64,000 nt of DNA from Candidatus Dadabacteria bacterium (GTDB taxonomy: Bacteria > Desulfobacterota_D > UBA1144 > Nemesobacterales > CSP1-2). Shown here piece after piece: positions 1-13,300 of the stretch. The first letter of the stretch is position 1, and each line of letters starts with the position of its first letter. Under the pieces are notes generated by a model that made no database searches, was not told where the DNA came from, and worked only from the letters and a program-made list of their open reading frames with translations. The translations under genes were made by a program, and so were the position numbers. The stretch lies in NCBI GenBank assembly GCA_963805855.1, contig CAWDVW010000005.1:640001-704000 (forward strand). Direction: 5' to 3'.

Positions 1-1
1 G

Positions 2-3000
2 AGGGCAAATCAATTGGCCCATCATCTGATTGGATTGGGGGTAGATCAAGAAAGCATTGTTGGTCTTTGCCTGGAGCGCTCAGTGGAGATGATAGTTGGG
101 CTTCTTGGGATACTCAAGGCAGGTGGTGCTTACCTGCCCCTTGATCCCTCGTATCCCAAGGAGCGATTGGCATTCATGCTTAGGGATGCAAATGTTTCTG
201 TCCTTATTACACAGAGGGGATTCGAAGCGAGGCTGCCTGAGAATGGAGCGAAGGTAGTGTTGATCGACACCCAGTGGAATGAGATTTCAAAGGAGAGCAA
301 AAGAAACCCAAGGCATGCGGTATCACCGGACAACCTTGCCTATATTATCTACACCTCTGGCTCTACAGGGGTACCCAAGGGTGTAGCTGTCCAGCACCGC
401 TCCGTTGTCAATCATAATTTGGATGTTTCGAGAAGGTATGGCCTTAGGGAAGATGATCGGGTGCTCCAATTCTACTCCATAAGCTTTGACGGTGCAGTTG
501 AGGAGATATTCCCGACGTTAATATCGGGTGCTACATTAGTGCTCAGGGGTGAAGACATACTGGCTCCCGGCAGTGAATTGTTAGGGTTTATTGACAGCAA
601 TGAGATAAGCGTTGTCAACCTACCCACCGCATACTGGCACGAGTGGGTAAAAGAACTGCCAAGCACGAATGGGAGGTTTCCAAATTCTCTTCGATTGGTG
701 ATAGTGGGAGGAGACAAGGTTTCACCCGACAGATATAAGACCTGGGGCGAGGTGGTGGATGGTAGGGTGCGATTGATAGACACATACGGTCCAACAGAGA
801 CAACAGTGATTTCAACAATGGCTGAGGTTAACGGAGCATCAAGGCTCTCTATTGGACGGCCTATAGCAAACACAAAGACCTACATACTCGATAAACGAAT
901 GCATCCGGTCCCTATCGGAGTGGCAGGGGAACTTCACATTGGAGGATTAGGAGTTGCACGTGGGTATCTTAACCGACCTGATCTGACAGCGGAAAGATTT
1001 TTACCAAACCCCTTCGGTGATGATCCTGGGGAGAGGCTTTATAGAACAGGCGACCTTGCACGGTACCTGGAAGATGGAAATATCGAGTTTCTGGGCAGGA
1101 TAGACCATCAGGTTAAGATAAGGGGATTCAGGGTTGAGCTTGGCGAGATAGAATCAATGATATTGGAACACCCTGGTGTGGAGGATACTGTGGTCGTCGC
1201 TAGGGAAGACGATCTAGGAGATCCTTCGAATTCGGCCGCACAGGATAAGCGCCTGGTCGCTTACCTGGTTCCTAAGCAAGATCAACCAGGCGCCGATGAA
1301 GTGATAGAAAAAGCGGAATTGGCTACAAAGCAGGTTTTTGAGTGGCAGGCGGTATTTAACGAGTTGTACCGAGAGATCGATCAAACTCAGAAAAGCGGTT
1401 TCTATATTAAGGGTTGGGAGAGTTCCTACACAGGTTTACCTATCTCCGATGATGAGGTTAAAGACTGGATGGATCAAACAGTAGAGAGAATCCTAGCGTT
1501 AAAACCTTCTCGAGTGCTGGAGATAGGATGCGGTGGTAGTGGGTTAATGCTTTTAAGATTAGCTCCGGAGTGCATTGAGTATTGCGCTACAGACGTTTCG
1601 GAAAATGCAATTCGTGTTATCAAGGAGCAATTGTCAGCAATGAATCTGAGCCTTCCACAGTTGAGCTTCGTTCAGAGGGCAGCAGATAGGTTTGAGGGCG
1701 TGACTTCAAACTCTTTCACCGCTGTGTTAGTCGTGTCAGTCATACAGTATTTCCCCAGTATAGAATATTTATACAAAGTTTTGGAACACGCTGTAAGCGC
1801 CGTCGAACCAGGTGGCTTTATCTTTGTGGGCGATGTGCGAAACTACAGGTTGCTCAGAGCCTTCCATACATCAGTTCAATTGTACAAGGCAAAGTCATCT
1901 CTTCCCGCGCAGCAACTCAGACAGGAAGTAGAGAAAGAAATTGCATTCGAGAAACAATTGACTGTAGATCCCGCCTTTTTCAAGACATTGAAGAATCATC
2001 TGCCGAAGATTGGTCATGTAGAGATACTGTTAGAGAGAGGACGTCACCACAATGAGCTTACGAAGTTTCGTTATGACGTAATGATCCATGTTGGACCACA
2101 CGTGAGAAAAAGCGCTCCCGCTAAATTGCTTAAATGGAGGGAAAACAATCTAACAATCGAATCTGTAAAGAAGGTACTGGAAGATTCTGAGTCGGAAGAC
2201 ATAGTTATTACTGAAGTGCCTAACGCACGCGTCTTGCATGACATAAACGCTTGTGAATTACTGAGGGATCCTGATGGACCACAGACAGCGGAATCCATCA
2301 GAGAAAAGCTCGGGGCAGTGGAAGAAAAGGGTGTGGATCCGGAAGACTTCTGGTCCTTAAGTAACGGGGTATCACATGTCATAGATGTCTATACTGCGAC
2401 CGCAGGTGACAATAGCTGCTACGACGTAGTATTAAGGAAAAATAGAAAAGACATATCAGAACGACGAATGGTTGAAATTCCCCTACTTGAAGAAGAAGGA
2501 ATCAATCTTAGAAAATCAAATGAATATGCCAATAATCCATTGGCGAGCGCATTCAGTTTTAATCTTCTCCAAGACCTTAGATACTTTCTAGAACAGAAGC
2601 TTCCGGAATATTCCGTTCCTTCATCATTTGTAACATTAGATAAAATACCCCTGACGCCGAGCGCTAAGGTAGATAGAATGGCGCTACCCCGGCCTTACGG
2701 AACCAGACCGGATTTGGTGGGTTCTTATGTCGCACCGCGCACTTCCGTAGAAGAAAAACTGGCAGACATATGGTCTCAGGTGCTTGGTGTTGAGAAGGTA
2801 GGGATTTACGACAACTTCTTTGAATTGGGGGGAGAATCTATAATTGCCATACAGATCATTTCCAAAGCCAATCAAGGTGGGCTAAATTTAACCGTAAGAC
2901 ACATCTTTCAACATCAGACGATAGCCGAACTCGCTGCTGTTGCAGGCAACTTCTCTATTATAGAAGCAGATCAGGGGCCAATAAAAGGCCCGGTACCACT

Positions 3001-4399
3001 AACGCCAATTCAGCAATCGTTTTTTGAACAGAATCCTCCTGATCCTCACCACTTTAATCAGTCGGTTTTTCTTGAGATACGAGAAGAGCTAGACCCAGTG
3101 TTACTGGAGAAGGCGATAAACTATCTTGTGGTACATCATGATGCTCTTCGTATGCGTTTTATGAAAGGTGATCCGGGGTGGCATCAGGAGAACATGGATA
3201 GCGAAGATTCTGCGTTCTTTTCAATTATCGACCTATCTGACGTTTCTGAGGCGGGACTGACGCCCGCTATTGAAGCGACTGCGTCAGAGCTTCAGAGTGG
3301 CCTTAACATATCCAAAGGACCCGTGCTGAAGGTTGCCTTATTCAATCTTGGCCTTGGCAAGCCCGCCCGTTTGCTGATTATCATTCATCACCTAGTAGTA
3401 GATGGAGTCTCGTGGCGAATCCTGCTGGAAGACTTACTTATGGCCTACACGCAGTTGAGCCGAGGTAAAGAAATAACACTTCCACCAAAGACAACCTCGT
3501 TTAAGCGTTGGGCAGAAAGACTAAAGGATTTTGCCGAGTCTGAACCTGTTATGGACGAACTGAACTTTTGGACATCGCCGTCAGGGAGCGAGGTCAACAG
3601 ATTACCTATCGATCGTCCCGGCGGAACTAATACGATTATCTCCTCACAAAGCGTTTCAGCATTTCTCGATGCGGAGGAGACACAAAAGCTATTGAAGGAA
3701 GTTCCCCAGGCTTACAACACACATATCAATGACTTACTACTCACTGCCCTGGTACAGGCTCTATCACCGTGGACAGGCAAAAACTCCTTACTGATTGACC
3801 TTGAGGGTCACGGTAGGGAGGAGTTATTTGATGACGTCGACATATCACGAACGGTTGGCTGGTTTACGACAATATTTCCCTTGTTGTTAAGTTTGGAAGA
3901 CTCAAATGACCTAAGCGATATCATAAAGTCTGTAAAAGAGCAGGTTAGAAGAATTCCCAATCATGGGATTGGATATGGTTTGCTTAGACATATGAGAGGA
4001 GACATTGAAGTCACTGACAAACTGAGGGATTTGCCCCAGGCAGAGATTTGTTTTAACTACCTAGGGCAGTTCGATCAATTATTGCCAGGGTCTGCTCCGT
4101 TTGGTCGGGCCAGGGAATCGAGTGGACCAAATGCAAGTCTTGTTGGAAATAGGAAATATATTCTCGAGATCAATTGCGGAGTATTGGAAGGAAAACTCCA
4201 CATGGTATTGACCTATAGTGAGAACCTTCATCGACGAGCTACGATTGAAGAACTGGCTGAAAGGTACATGGAATTACTTCGTCAACTTCTAGAATACTGT
4301 CTATCCGATTACGTCGGAGGCTATACGCCCTCAGACTTCCCCGGAGTCGACTTGAATCAAGAAGAGCTTGATAAGATCATTACAGAAATCGGTGAGTGA
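2..4399 (+). CDS. NRPS, 5'-truncated: A domain with embedded N-methyltransferase, T domain, epimerase, COM donor
   Basis: Frame is open from base 2 (RANQLAHHL). A motifs [36 protein letters not shown] insert VLEIGCGGSG...SVIQYFPS...IFVGDVRN. T motif FFELGGESI. E motif HHLVVDGVSWRILLEDL...EGHGRE. Ends YTPSDFP. Confidence 0.96.
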   Translation, partial: RANQLAHHLIGLGVDQESIVGLCLERSVEMIVGLLGILKAGGAYLPLDPSYPKERLAFMLRDANVSVLITQRGFEARLPENGAKVVLIDTQWNEISKESKRNPRHAVSPDNLAYIIYTSGSTGVPKGVAVQHRSVVNHNLDVSRRYGLREDDRVLQFYSISFDGAVEEIFPTLISGATLVLRGEDILAPGSELLGFIDSNEISVVNLPTAYWHEWVKELPSTNGRFPNSLRLVIVGGDKVSPDRYKTWGEVVDGRVRLIDTYGPTETTVISTMAEVNGASRLSIGRPIANTKTYILDKRMHPVPIGVAGELHIGGLGVARGYLNRPDLTAERFLPNPFGDDPGERLYRTGDLARYLEDGNIEFLGRIDHQVKIRGFRVELGEIESMILEHPGVEDTVVVAREDDLGDPSNSAAQDKRLVAYLVPKQDQPGADEVIEKAELATKQVFEWQAVFNELYREIDQTQKSGFYIKGWESSYTGLPISDDEVKDWMDQTVERILALKPSRVLEIGCGGSGLMLLRLAPECIEYCATDVSENAIRVIKEQLSAMNLSLPQLSFVQRAADRFEGVTSNSFTAVLVVSVIQYFPSIEYLYKVLEHAVSAVEPGGFIFVGDVRNYRLLRAFHTSVQLYKAKSSLPAQQLRQEVEKEIAFEKQLTVDPAFFKTLKNHLPKIGHVEILLERGRHHNELTKFRYDVMIHVGPHVRKSAPAKLLKWRENNLTIESVKKVLEDSESEDIVITEVPNARVLHDINACELLRDPDGPQTAESIREKLGAVEEKGVDPEDFWSLSNGVSHVIDVYTATAGDNSCYDVVLRKNRKDISERRMVEIPLLEEEGINLRKSNEYANNPLASAFSFNLLQDLRYFLEQKLPEYSVPSSFVTLDKIPLTPSAKVDRMALPRPYGTRPDLVGSYVAPRTSVEEKLADIWSQVLGVEKVGIYDNFFELGGESIIAIQIISKANQGGLNLTVRHIFQHQTIAELAAVAGNFSIIEADQGPIKGPVPLTPIQQSFFEQNPPDPHHFNQSVFLEIREELDPVLLEKAINYLVVHHDALRMRFMKGDPGWHQENMDSEDSAFFSIIDLSDVSEAGLTPAIEATASELQSGLNISKGPVLKVALFNLGLGKPARLLIIIHHLVVDGVSWRILLEDLLMAYTQLSRGKEITLPPKTTSFKRWAERLKDFAESEPVMDELNFWTSPSGSEVNRLPIDRPGGTNTIISSQSVSAFLDAEETQKLLKEVPQAYNTHINDLLLTALVQALSPWTGKNSLLIDLEGHGREELFDDVDISRTVGWFTTIFPLLLSLEDSNDLSDIIKSVKEQVRRIPNHGIGYGLLRHMRGDIEVTDKLRDLPQAEICFNYLGQFDQLLPGSAPFGRARESSGPNASLVGNRKYILEINCGVLEGKLHMVLTYSENLHRRATIEELAERYMELLRQLLEYCLSDYVGGYTPSDFPGVDLNQEELDKIITEIGE
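1220..1243 (+). repeat. Degenerate in-frame 24-nt insertion (DPSNSAAQ) in A domain
   Basis: gatccttcgaattcggccgcacag, at the same loop position as the copies at 10348, 13546 and 19993. Confidence 0.6.
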
Positions 4400-7300
4400 T
4401 AATTGTGAAAAGGGATGATAGAAAAGATATCGAAGATATATATCATCTCTCTCCCATGCAGGAGGGAATGCTGTACCACTCCCTCTACGCTTCAGAATCC
4501 GATGTCTATTTCAACCAGCTCACCTGCACTCTCCAGGGAAAACTTAATATTTCGGCCTTCAAAAAGGCATGGCAAAACATCGTTGATAGGCATTCGATCC
4601 TGCGCACCCTGTTCATTTGGAAGGGTCTGGATAAGCCTCTTCAGGTGGTACGGCGTAATGTAAAGCTGCCCTTTGAGCTGAAAGACTGGCGCAGTCTTTC
4701 ACCATCAGATCAGCTACTGAGTTTCGAGACCCTTCTCGATGAAGATCGGCGCCGCGGCTTTGACCTTTCGAAAGCTCCACTCATGCGGATGACCCTGATA
4801 AATATTGGTGAGAATAACTATAAACTTGTTTATAGCAGTCACCACCTGTTACTTGATGGTTGGTCACTTCCTTTGATCTTGAAAGAGGTTTTTATATTCT
4901 ATGAAGCATTTTGCCAAAATCAGGAAGTACAGATGGAAAGGCCTCGCCCCTATCGTGATTATATAACCTGGCTTAAGAAACAGGATTTATCAAAGGCAGA
5001 AGTGTTCTGGCGGAAGACCCTAAAAGGCTTCACCGCACCTACGCCTCTAAATTTGAAGAGTTCAACAGATAATGGGCCAGAAGATCGGGAAGAAGCCTAC
5101 GGTGAACAGCACATGCAGTTGCCGACTGCCATTGCAAAATCGTTGCAGTCCTTAGGACGACAGCACGAACTGACGCTAAATACGCTTGTACAAGGGGCTT
5201 GGGCTATACTTCTCAGGCAGTATAGTGACGGCGAAGATGTTGTTTTTGGGTCGACCGTATCCGGTCGGCCACCTTCACTCAGAGGGGTGGAGTCGATGGT
5301 AGGTTTATTTATTAACACCCTACCCTTACGAGTCCGAGTATCTCCCGATCATTACGTGATACCCTGGTTGAAGAATTTACAGGCGAAGCAGGTTGTGACT
5401 CGCGAATACGAGTACAGTCCACTGGTGCAGATCCATGGGTGGAGTGACGTACCTAGGGGTTTACCGCTTTTTGAAAGCATCCTGGTATTCGAGAATTATC
5501 CTGTCGACCGCACTGTTCAGCACGGGTTGAATAATCTTGAGGTTCTGGACATCCGATCCTACGAACGCACCAATTACCCAATAACGATTGGGGTATCAGC
5601 GGGAGAAAACTTTTCATTACAGATAGGTTACGACCGAAGCCGAGTTGGCGACAATAGCATAAGTCGGATGCTCGGGCACTTCCGGACCCTGTTAGAAGGA
5701 ATGGCTTTGAAGCCTAACCGGAGAATCTCAGAACTTCCAATCTTAACAAACGAAGAACGCCGACAGATTCTTGTTGAGTGGAATGACACGCAAAGGAAGC
5801 ATCCCACCAACAGGTCCATTCAGGAGATATTTGAAAACCAAGTAAATAAGACGCCAGACTCGGTTGCATTAGCATTTCGGGAGAAGCAACTTTCATATAA
5901 AGAACTAAATCAAAGGGCAAACCAGTTAGCGCATTACCTTACAGATCATGGAGTAGGACCCGAATCCCGGGTGGGCATATGTTTGGAAAGATCAACAGAT
6001 ATGATAGCTGGAATGCTGGGGATACTTAAGGCCGGAGGGGCCTATGTACCTCTTGACCCAACCTATCCCAAAGAGCGTTTAGATTTCATGGTTCAGGACT
6101 CGAGTCCAAAAGTAGTCTTGACTCAAGAGAGATTTTTAAAACTACTATCGGATCGTGCTGCTCACATAGTTTGTATTGACACCCAACGGGATGAGATCGA
6201 TAGGAAGAGCAAAAGAAACCCGAAGCAAACGATATCACCGGATAACCTTGCTTATGTTATTTATACCTCTGGATCTACTGGAAAACCTAAAGGAGTGCTT
6301 ATATCTCACGGGGCAATACTAGGTCACTGTGATACAGTAAAGAGGTATTATGATTTAGAGTCTAATGACAGGATACTTCAATTTGCCTCATTCAATTTTG
6401 ATGCATCACTAGAGCAAATCTTTCCTACCCTGATTGTCGGCGCTAGATTGGTACTCCGCGGCGACGAATTATGGATACCATCCGAGTTCCTTAGGAAGAT
6501 GGAACAATTTGGTCTCACCGTTATAAACCTGCCATCAGCCTACTGGCAACAATTGGTGCGAGAATGGGCTGGTTCACCTGCACTTAAGACCAATATCCGC
6601 CCTAAACTGTTCGTTGTCGGAGGAGATGTGATGGACCCGGAGAGTCTTAGACTCTGGCATCAAACACCCTTCAGTTCTGTGAGGCTGCTCAATGCTTATG
6701 GTCCAACCGAGGCGACCATTACAGCCACCACCTACGAAATACCAATAAACTTCGATGAGAAATCTTCCGCAGCCAGAATTCCTATTGGAAGGCCACTCTA
6801 CAATAGAAACATATTCATATTGGACAAGAGTCGCAATCCTGTACCCGTAGAGGTAAACGGCGAACTCCATCTAGGGGGAGAGGCTCTAGGAAGGGGTTAC
6901 CTCAACCAACCTGAGCTTACCGCCGAAAGGTTCATACCGAACCCATTTAGTGAAGAACCAGGAGAGAGGCTTTACAAGACAGGTGACCTTGCCCGATACC
7001 TGCCAGACGGGAACATAGAATTTCTGGGAAGAGTAGACAATCAGGTAAAGATACGTGGATTCAGGATAGAAACCGGGGAAATAGAAACAACACTGAGGGA
7101 ACATCCTTATGTAAACGACGCAGTTGTTGCAGCAAGGGAGGATGGGAGTGGAGAGAAGGAGCTCATCGGATATCTGGTGGCTCACGGAGAACAGGAATCG
7201 ATTGTAAGTGAACTGCGGGGGTTTTTAAACGAAAAGCTGCCTGGGCACATGGTGCCATCATACCTTGTAACACTGGATGAATTACCACTAACTCCCAGTG

Positions 7301-10300
7301 GAAAGATTGATAGAAAGGCACTGCCTGAGCCTGATAAAACAAGGCCAGAACTGGGTAGAGAATTTGTAGCACCCCGAACCCCTACAGAGGAGATACTGGC
7401 AGACATATGGGCCCAGGTGTTAGGCATAGAGAAAGTAGGAGTATACGACAACTTCTTTGAACTGGGAGGACACTCACTGCTTGCCACACAGGTGGTGTCC
7501 CGCACAAGAGATGCCTTTAAGGTAGAGCTGCCACTCAGAAACCTTATAGAAGAACCCACTGTTTCTCGGCTGGCAGAGACAATAGACGAGGCGGGAAAAA
7601 GGGGTGAGGGGCTGAAGGCACTTCCAATCATACCCATACCAAGGGATGGAGAACTTCCCGTATCCTTTGCCCAGGAGAGGCTATGGTTCCTCGATCAGTT
7701 TGAGCCAGGCAGCAGTGCTTACAACATGCCTGGGGCAGTGAGGGTAAGGGGCAGACTAGATGTGGAGCTACTGGAGCGCTCGATAAACGAGATAATAAGG
7801 CGTCATGGGTCACTCAGAACTACATTTAAATCAGTGGATGGAAAACCCAAACAGGTAATAGCAAGTGAGTTGAGTTTTGCACTACCAGTGGTAGACCTCA
7901 GAGAATTGCCAGAGGAGAAAAGGGAGTCTCGGGCTAGGACTTTAGCGATAGAAGAGGCAAAGACCCCATTTGACCTTGAGAGTGGTCCTCTACTCAGGGC
8001 TACCGTGCTAAGGCTTGGGGAGGAAGACCATGTCGGTCTATTCACGATGCACCACATCATATCAGATGGCTGGTCTATGGGAATACTCATCAGAGAGGTT
8101 GCGGCAATATATGATGCATATTCCAATGGAAAACCCTCACCCCTGCCAGAACTCCCGATACAGTATGCAGACTTTTCACAGTGGCAGAGACAGTGGCTAC
8201 AGGGTGAAGTGCTTGAGTCACAGCTACAGTACTGGAAACAGAAGCTTGATGGCCTGCCACCGGTTCTTGAGTTACCAACCGATAGGCCGAGGCCAGCTGT
8301 ACAGACATACAATGGGGCACATGAATCATTTGAGCTTTCCTCCGTGTTATCAGAAGCCCTTGGTGAGCTGAGTAGACGGGAAGGAGCTACACTGTTCATG
8401 ACGCTGCTTGGTGCCTTTCAGACACTGCTCTACAGGTATACAGGGCAGGAGGATATAGCAGTAGGTACGCCAATTGCAAACAGGAACCGGTCGGAGATCG
8501 AAGGGCTTATAGGTTTCTTTGTCAACACACTTGTGCTGCGTACTGATTTTTCAGGAAATCCGAGCTTCTTAGAACTATTGAGGAGAGTAAAAGAAACCTC
8601 TCTCGAAGCATACGCATATCAGGACCTACCTTTTGAGAGACTGGTGGAGGAGCTTAATCCCGAGAGGGACATGAGTCACTCGCCACTATTTCAGGTGATG
8701 TTTGTACTGCAGAATGTGCCTACCCAGGCCTTAGAGATAGAAGGCTTGACCTTGAGCCCACTGGAACCGGATAGCAGCAGGGCACTGTTTGACCTGACAT
8801 TAACGGTCAGTGATACAGATCAAGGACTAATGGGATCAATTGAATACAATACTGATCTCTTTGACGATACTACCATAACACTAATGATCGAGCATTTCCG
8901 AATTCTAGTGGAAAACATAGTAAAAAGCCCAGACCAGAGAATAACAGACCTGCCAATATTAACCGAGAAGGAAAGACATAAACTCCTTGTAGAATGGAAT
9001 GACACAAAGAGTGAATATCCCACAGATAAGTGTGTTCATCAATTATTTGAAGATCAGGTCAAGAAGACTCCTGATGCCACTGCAGTGGTCTTTGAAGATC
9101 AGAAACTTAGTTATAAGGAGCTAAACGAAAGAGCCAACCAATTAGGGCACTACCTTAGAGATCATGGGGTAGAACCTGAGTGCCGTGTGTGTGTATGTTT
9201 GGAAAGATCAATTGAGATGATAGTTGGGCTCCTGGGAATACTTAAAGCCGGAGGGGTTTATGTACCTGTTGATCCTTCTTATCCTAAACAACGGCTGGAA
9301 TTCATGCTGGAGGATTCAAAGGTAAAGGCAATCCTAACTCAAGAAAGTTTAGTAGAGATGCTTCCGACTAATGGTGCACAGGTAGTCTGCATTGACACAC
9401 AATGGGAAGGTATCGCTAAGAATACTAAGAAAAACCCAGTAAGTGGGATCACACCCAGCAACCTTGCCTATGTTATATACACCTCCGGCTCAACAGGGCT
9501 ACCCAAGGGCGTCGCAGTCCAGCACCGCTCGGTTGTCAATCATAATTTAGATGTTTCCAAAAGGTATGACCTTAAACAAGATGACCGAGTCCTGCAGTTT
9601 TACTCCATAAGTTTTGACGGCGCCGTTGAGGAGATATTTCCAACATTATTATCAGGGGCTACATTGGCCCTGAGGGGTGAAGAGATTCTTGCCCCGGGGA
9701 CTGAATTCTTAGACTTTGTTGCCAGTAACAAGATAAACGTTGTTAACCTACCCACTGCATACTGGCATGAGTGGGTAAAGGAACTGCCTAGCACAAATGG
9801 CAGGTTTCCGGACTCCCTCCGACTGGTGGTAGTGGGAGGAGACCGGGTCTCGCCAGACAGATATGAGACATGGAGTGAGGTAGTAGATGGTAGAGTGCGC
9901 TGGATTGACACATATGGTCCAACAGAGACAACTGTGATATCGACAATGGCTGAACCTGATGGGATATCAAGGCTCTCCATTGGACAACCTATCGCGAACA
10001 CAACGACTTACATCCTTGATAAACACATGTATCCTGCCCCTCCAGGAGTCCCGGGAGAATTACACATCGGAGGTTTGGGCTTGGCCAGAGGCTATATGAA
10101 CCTTCCAGAGCTCACAGCGGAGAAATTCATACCCAATCCCTTCAGCGACGATTCTGGGGAGAGGCTTTACAAAACAGGTGATCTTGCCCGCTATCTACCA
10201 GATGGGAACATAGAATTTCTAGGCAGGATAGACCATCAAGTTAAGATTCGCGGATTCAGGATAGAAACCGGGGAAGTTGAATCAGTACTGAGAGAACATC

Positions 10301-13300
10301 CATATGTAAAAGATGCAGTCGTTGTAGCAAGGGGGGATGGGAGTGGAGATCCTTCGACTTCGCTCAGGACAGACAAGCACCTGGTGGCATACGTGGTAAC
10401 AGCAGGGGAAAATCAAACCACTGATAGTGAGCTAAGAAACTACTTAAAGCAAAAGCTACCCGAGTACATGGTGCCATCATCATTTGTAACACTGGATGAA
10501 TTACCACTCACTCCAAGTGGAAAGGTAGATAGAAAGGCACTGCCTGAGCCTGATAAAACAAGGCCAGAACTGGGTAGAGAATTTGTAGCACCGCGAACTC
10601 CCACAGAGGAGATACTCTCAGACATATGGGCCCAGGTGTTAGGCATAGAGAAAGTAGGAGTATACGACAACTTCTTTGAACTGGGAGGACACTCACTGCT
10701 TGCCACACAGGTGGTGTCCCGCACAAGAGATGCCTTTAAGGTAGAGCTGCCACTCAGAAACCTTATAGAAGAACCCACTGTTTCTCGGCTGGCAGAGACA
10801 ATAGACGAGGCGGGAAAAAGGGGTGAGGGGCTGAAGGCACTTCCAATCATACCCATACCAAGGGATGGAGAACTTCCCGTATCCTTTGCCCAGGAGAGGC
10901 TATGGTTCCTCGATCAGTTTGAGCCAGGCAGCAGTGCTTACAACATGCCTGGGGCAGTGAGGGTAAGGGGCAGACTAGATGTGGAGCTACTGGAGCGCTC
11001 GATAAACGAGATAATAAGGCGTCATGGGTCACTCAGAACTACATTTAAATCAGTGGATGGAAAACCCAAACAGGTAATAGCAAGTGAGTTGAGTTTTGCA
11101 CTACCAGTGGTAGACCTCAGAGAATTGCCAGAGGAGAAAAGGGAGTCTCGGGCTAGGACTTTAGCGATAGAAGAGGCAAAGACCCCATTTGACCTTGAGA
11201 GTGGTCCTCTACTCAGGGCTACCGTGCTAAGGCTTGGGGAGGAAGACCATGTCGGTCTATTCACGATGCACCACATCATATCAGATGGCTGGTCTATGGG
11301 AATACTCATCAGAGAGGTTGCGGCAATATATGATGCATATTCCAATGGAAAACCCTCACCCCTGCCAGAACTCCCGATACAGTATGCAGACTTTTCACAG
11401 TGGCAGAGACAGTGGCTACAGGGTGAAGTGCTTGAGTCACAGCTACAGTACTGGAAACAGAAGCTTGATGGCCTGCCACCGGTTCTTGAGTTACCAACCG
11501 ATAGGCCGAGGCCAGCTGTACAGACATACAATGGGGCACATGAATCATTTGAGCTTTCCTCCGTGTTATCAGAAGCCCTTGGTGAGCTGAGTAGACGGGA
11601 AGGAGCTACACTGTTCATGACGCTGCTTGGTGCCTTTCAGACACTGCTCTACAGGTATACAGGGCAGGAGGATATAGCAGTAGGTACGCCAATTGCAAAC
11701 AGGAACCGGTCGGAGATCGAAGGGCTTATAGGTTTCTTTGTCAACACACTTGTGCTGCGTACTGATTTTTCAGGAAATCCGAGCTTCTTAGAACTATTGA
11801 GGAGAGTAAAAGAAACCTCTCTCGAAGCATACGCATATCAGGACCTACCTTTTGAGAGACTGGTGGAGGAGCTTAATCCCGAGAGGGACATGAGTCACTC
11901 GCCACTATTTCAGGTGATGTTTGTACTGCAGAATGTGCCTACCCAGGCCTTAGAGATAGAAGGCTTGACCTTGAGCCCACTGGAACCGGATAGCAGCAGG
12001 GCACTGTTTGACCTGACATTAACGGTCAGTGATACAGATCAAGGACTAATGGGATCAATTGAATACAATACTGATCTCTTTGACGATACTACCATAACAC
12101 TAATGATCGAGCATTTCCGAATTCTAGTGGAAAACATAGTAAAAAGCCCAGACCAGAGAATAACAGACCTGCCAATATTAACCGAGAAGGAAAGACATAA
12201 ACTCCTTGTAGAATGGAATGACACAAAGAGTGAATATCCCACAGATAAGTGTGTTCATCAATTATTTGAAGATCAGGTCAAGAAGACTCCTGATGCCACT
12301 GCAGTGGTCTTTGAAGATCAGAAACTTAGTTATAAGGAGCTAAACGAAAGAGCCAACCAATTAGGGCACTACCTTAGAGATCATGGGGTAGAACCTGAGT
12401 GCCGTGTGTGTGTATGTTTGGAAAGATCAATTGAGATGATAGTTGGGCTCCTGGGAATACTTAAAGCCGGAGGGGTTTATGTACCTGTTGATCCTTCTTA
12501 TCCTAAACAACGGCTGGAATTCATGCTGGAGGATTCAAAGGTAAAGGCAATCCTAACTCAAGAAAGTTTAGTAGAGATGCTTCCGACTAATGGTGCACAG
12601 GTAGTCTGCATTGACACACAATGGGAAGGTATCGCTAAGAATACTAAGAAAAACCCAGTAAGTGGGATCACACCCAGCAACCTTGCCTATGTTATATACA
12701 CCTCCGGCTCCACTGGGAAACCAAAGGGGGTACCTATAATCCATAGTTCTTTAGTGAATTTCCTTTGTTCCATGGGTGAGCAACCAGGCCTGACAAGCAA
12801 AGACCTTATGCTCGCAATTACTACTTTGTCCTTCGATATTGCAGCGCTGGAGATTTTTCTTCCTATCATTAAAGGTGCCTGCGTTGAACTGGTAACCCGC
12901 GAGGTCGCATCCTATGGTACTCAGTTGCTAAAAAAGATTACGGATTCCGGCGCAACGGTAATTCAAGCCACCCCAGCTACATGGCGAATGCTTTTAGAAG
13001 TGGGTTGGAGTAATAAGGATAGACCAAAAATACTCTGCGGGGGTGAAGCCCTTTCGAGTGATTTAGCAGATGAATTAGTAAAAAGATCAGATTCACTTTG
13101 GAATGTCTATGGTCCTACGGAAACTACAATTTGGTCTACTATTCACCGAGTCAGTAAAAGAAGTGCTTTCGTTTCAATCGGACGACCAATTGGAAATACT
13201 CAAATATATATCTTGGACAAGCACCTAACCCCTGTGCCCATAGGAGTACCTGGGGAGCTACATATAGGTGGTGCGGGTCTAGCAAGAGGATATTTAAACA

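Noticed and set aside
7400-12710. DGR-like template/variable repeat pair
   Set aside because: No adenine-specific mismatches and no reverse transcriptase. Both copies are coding.
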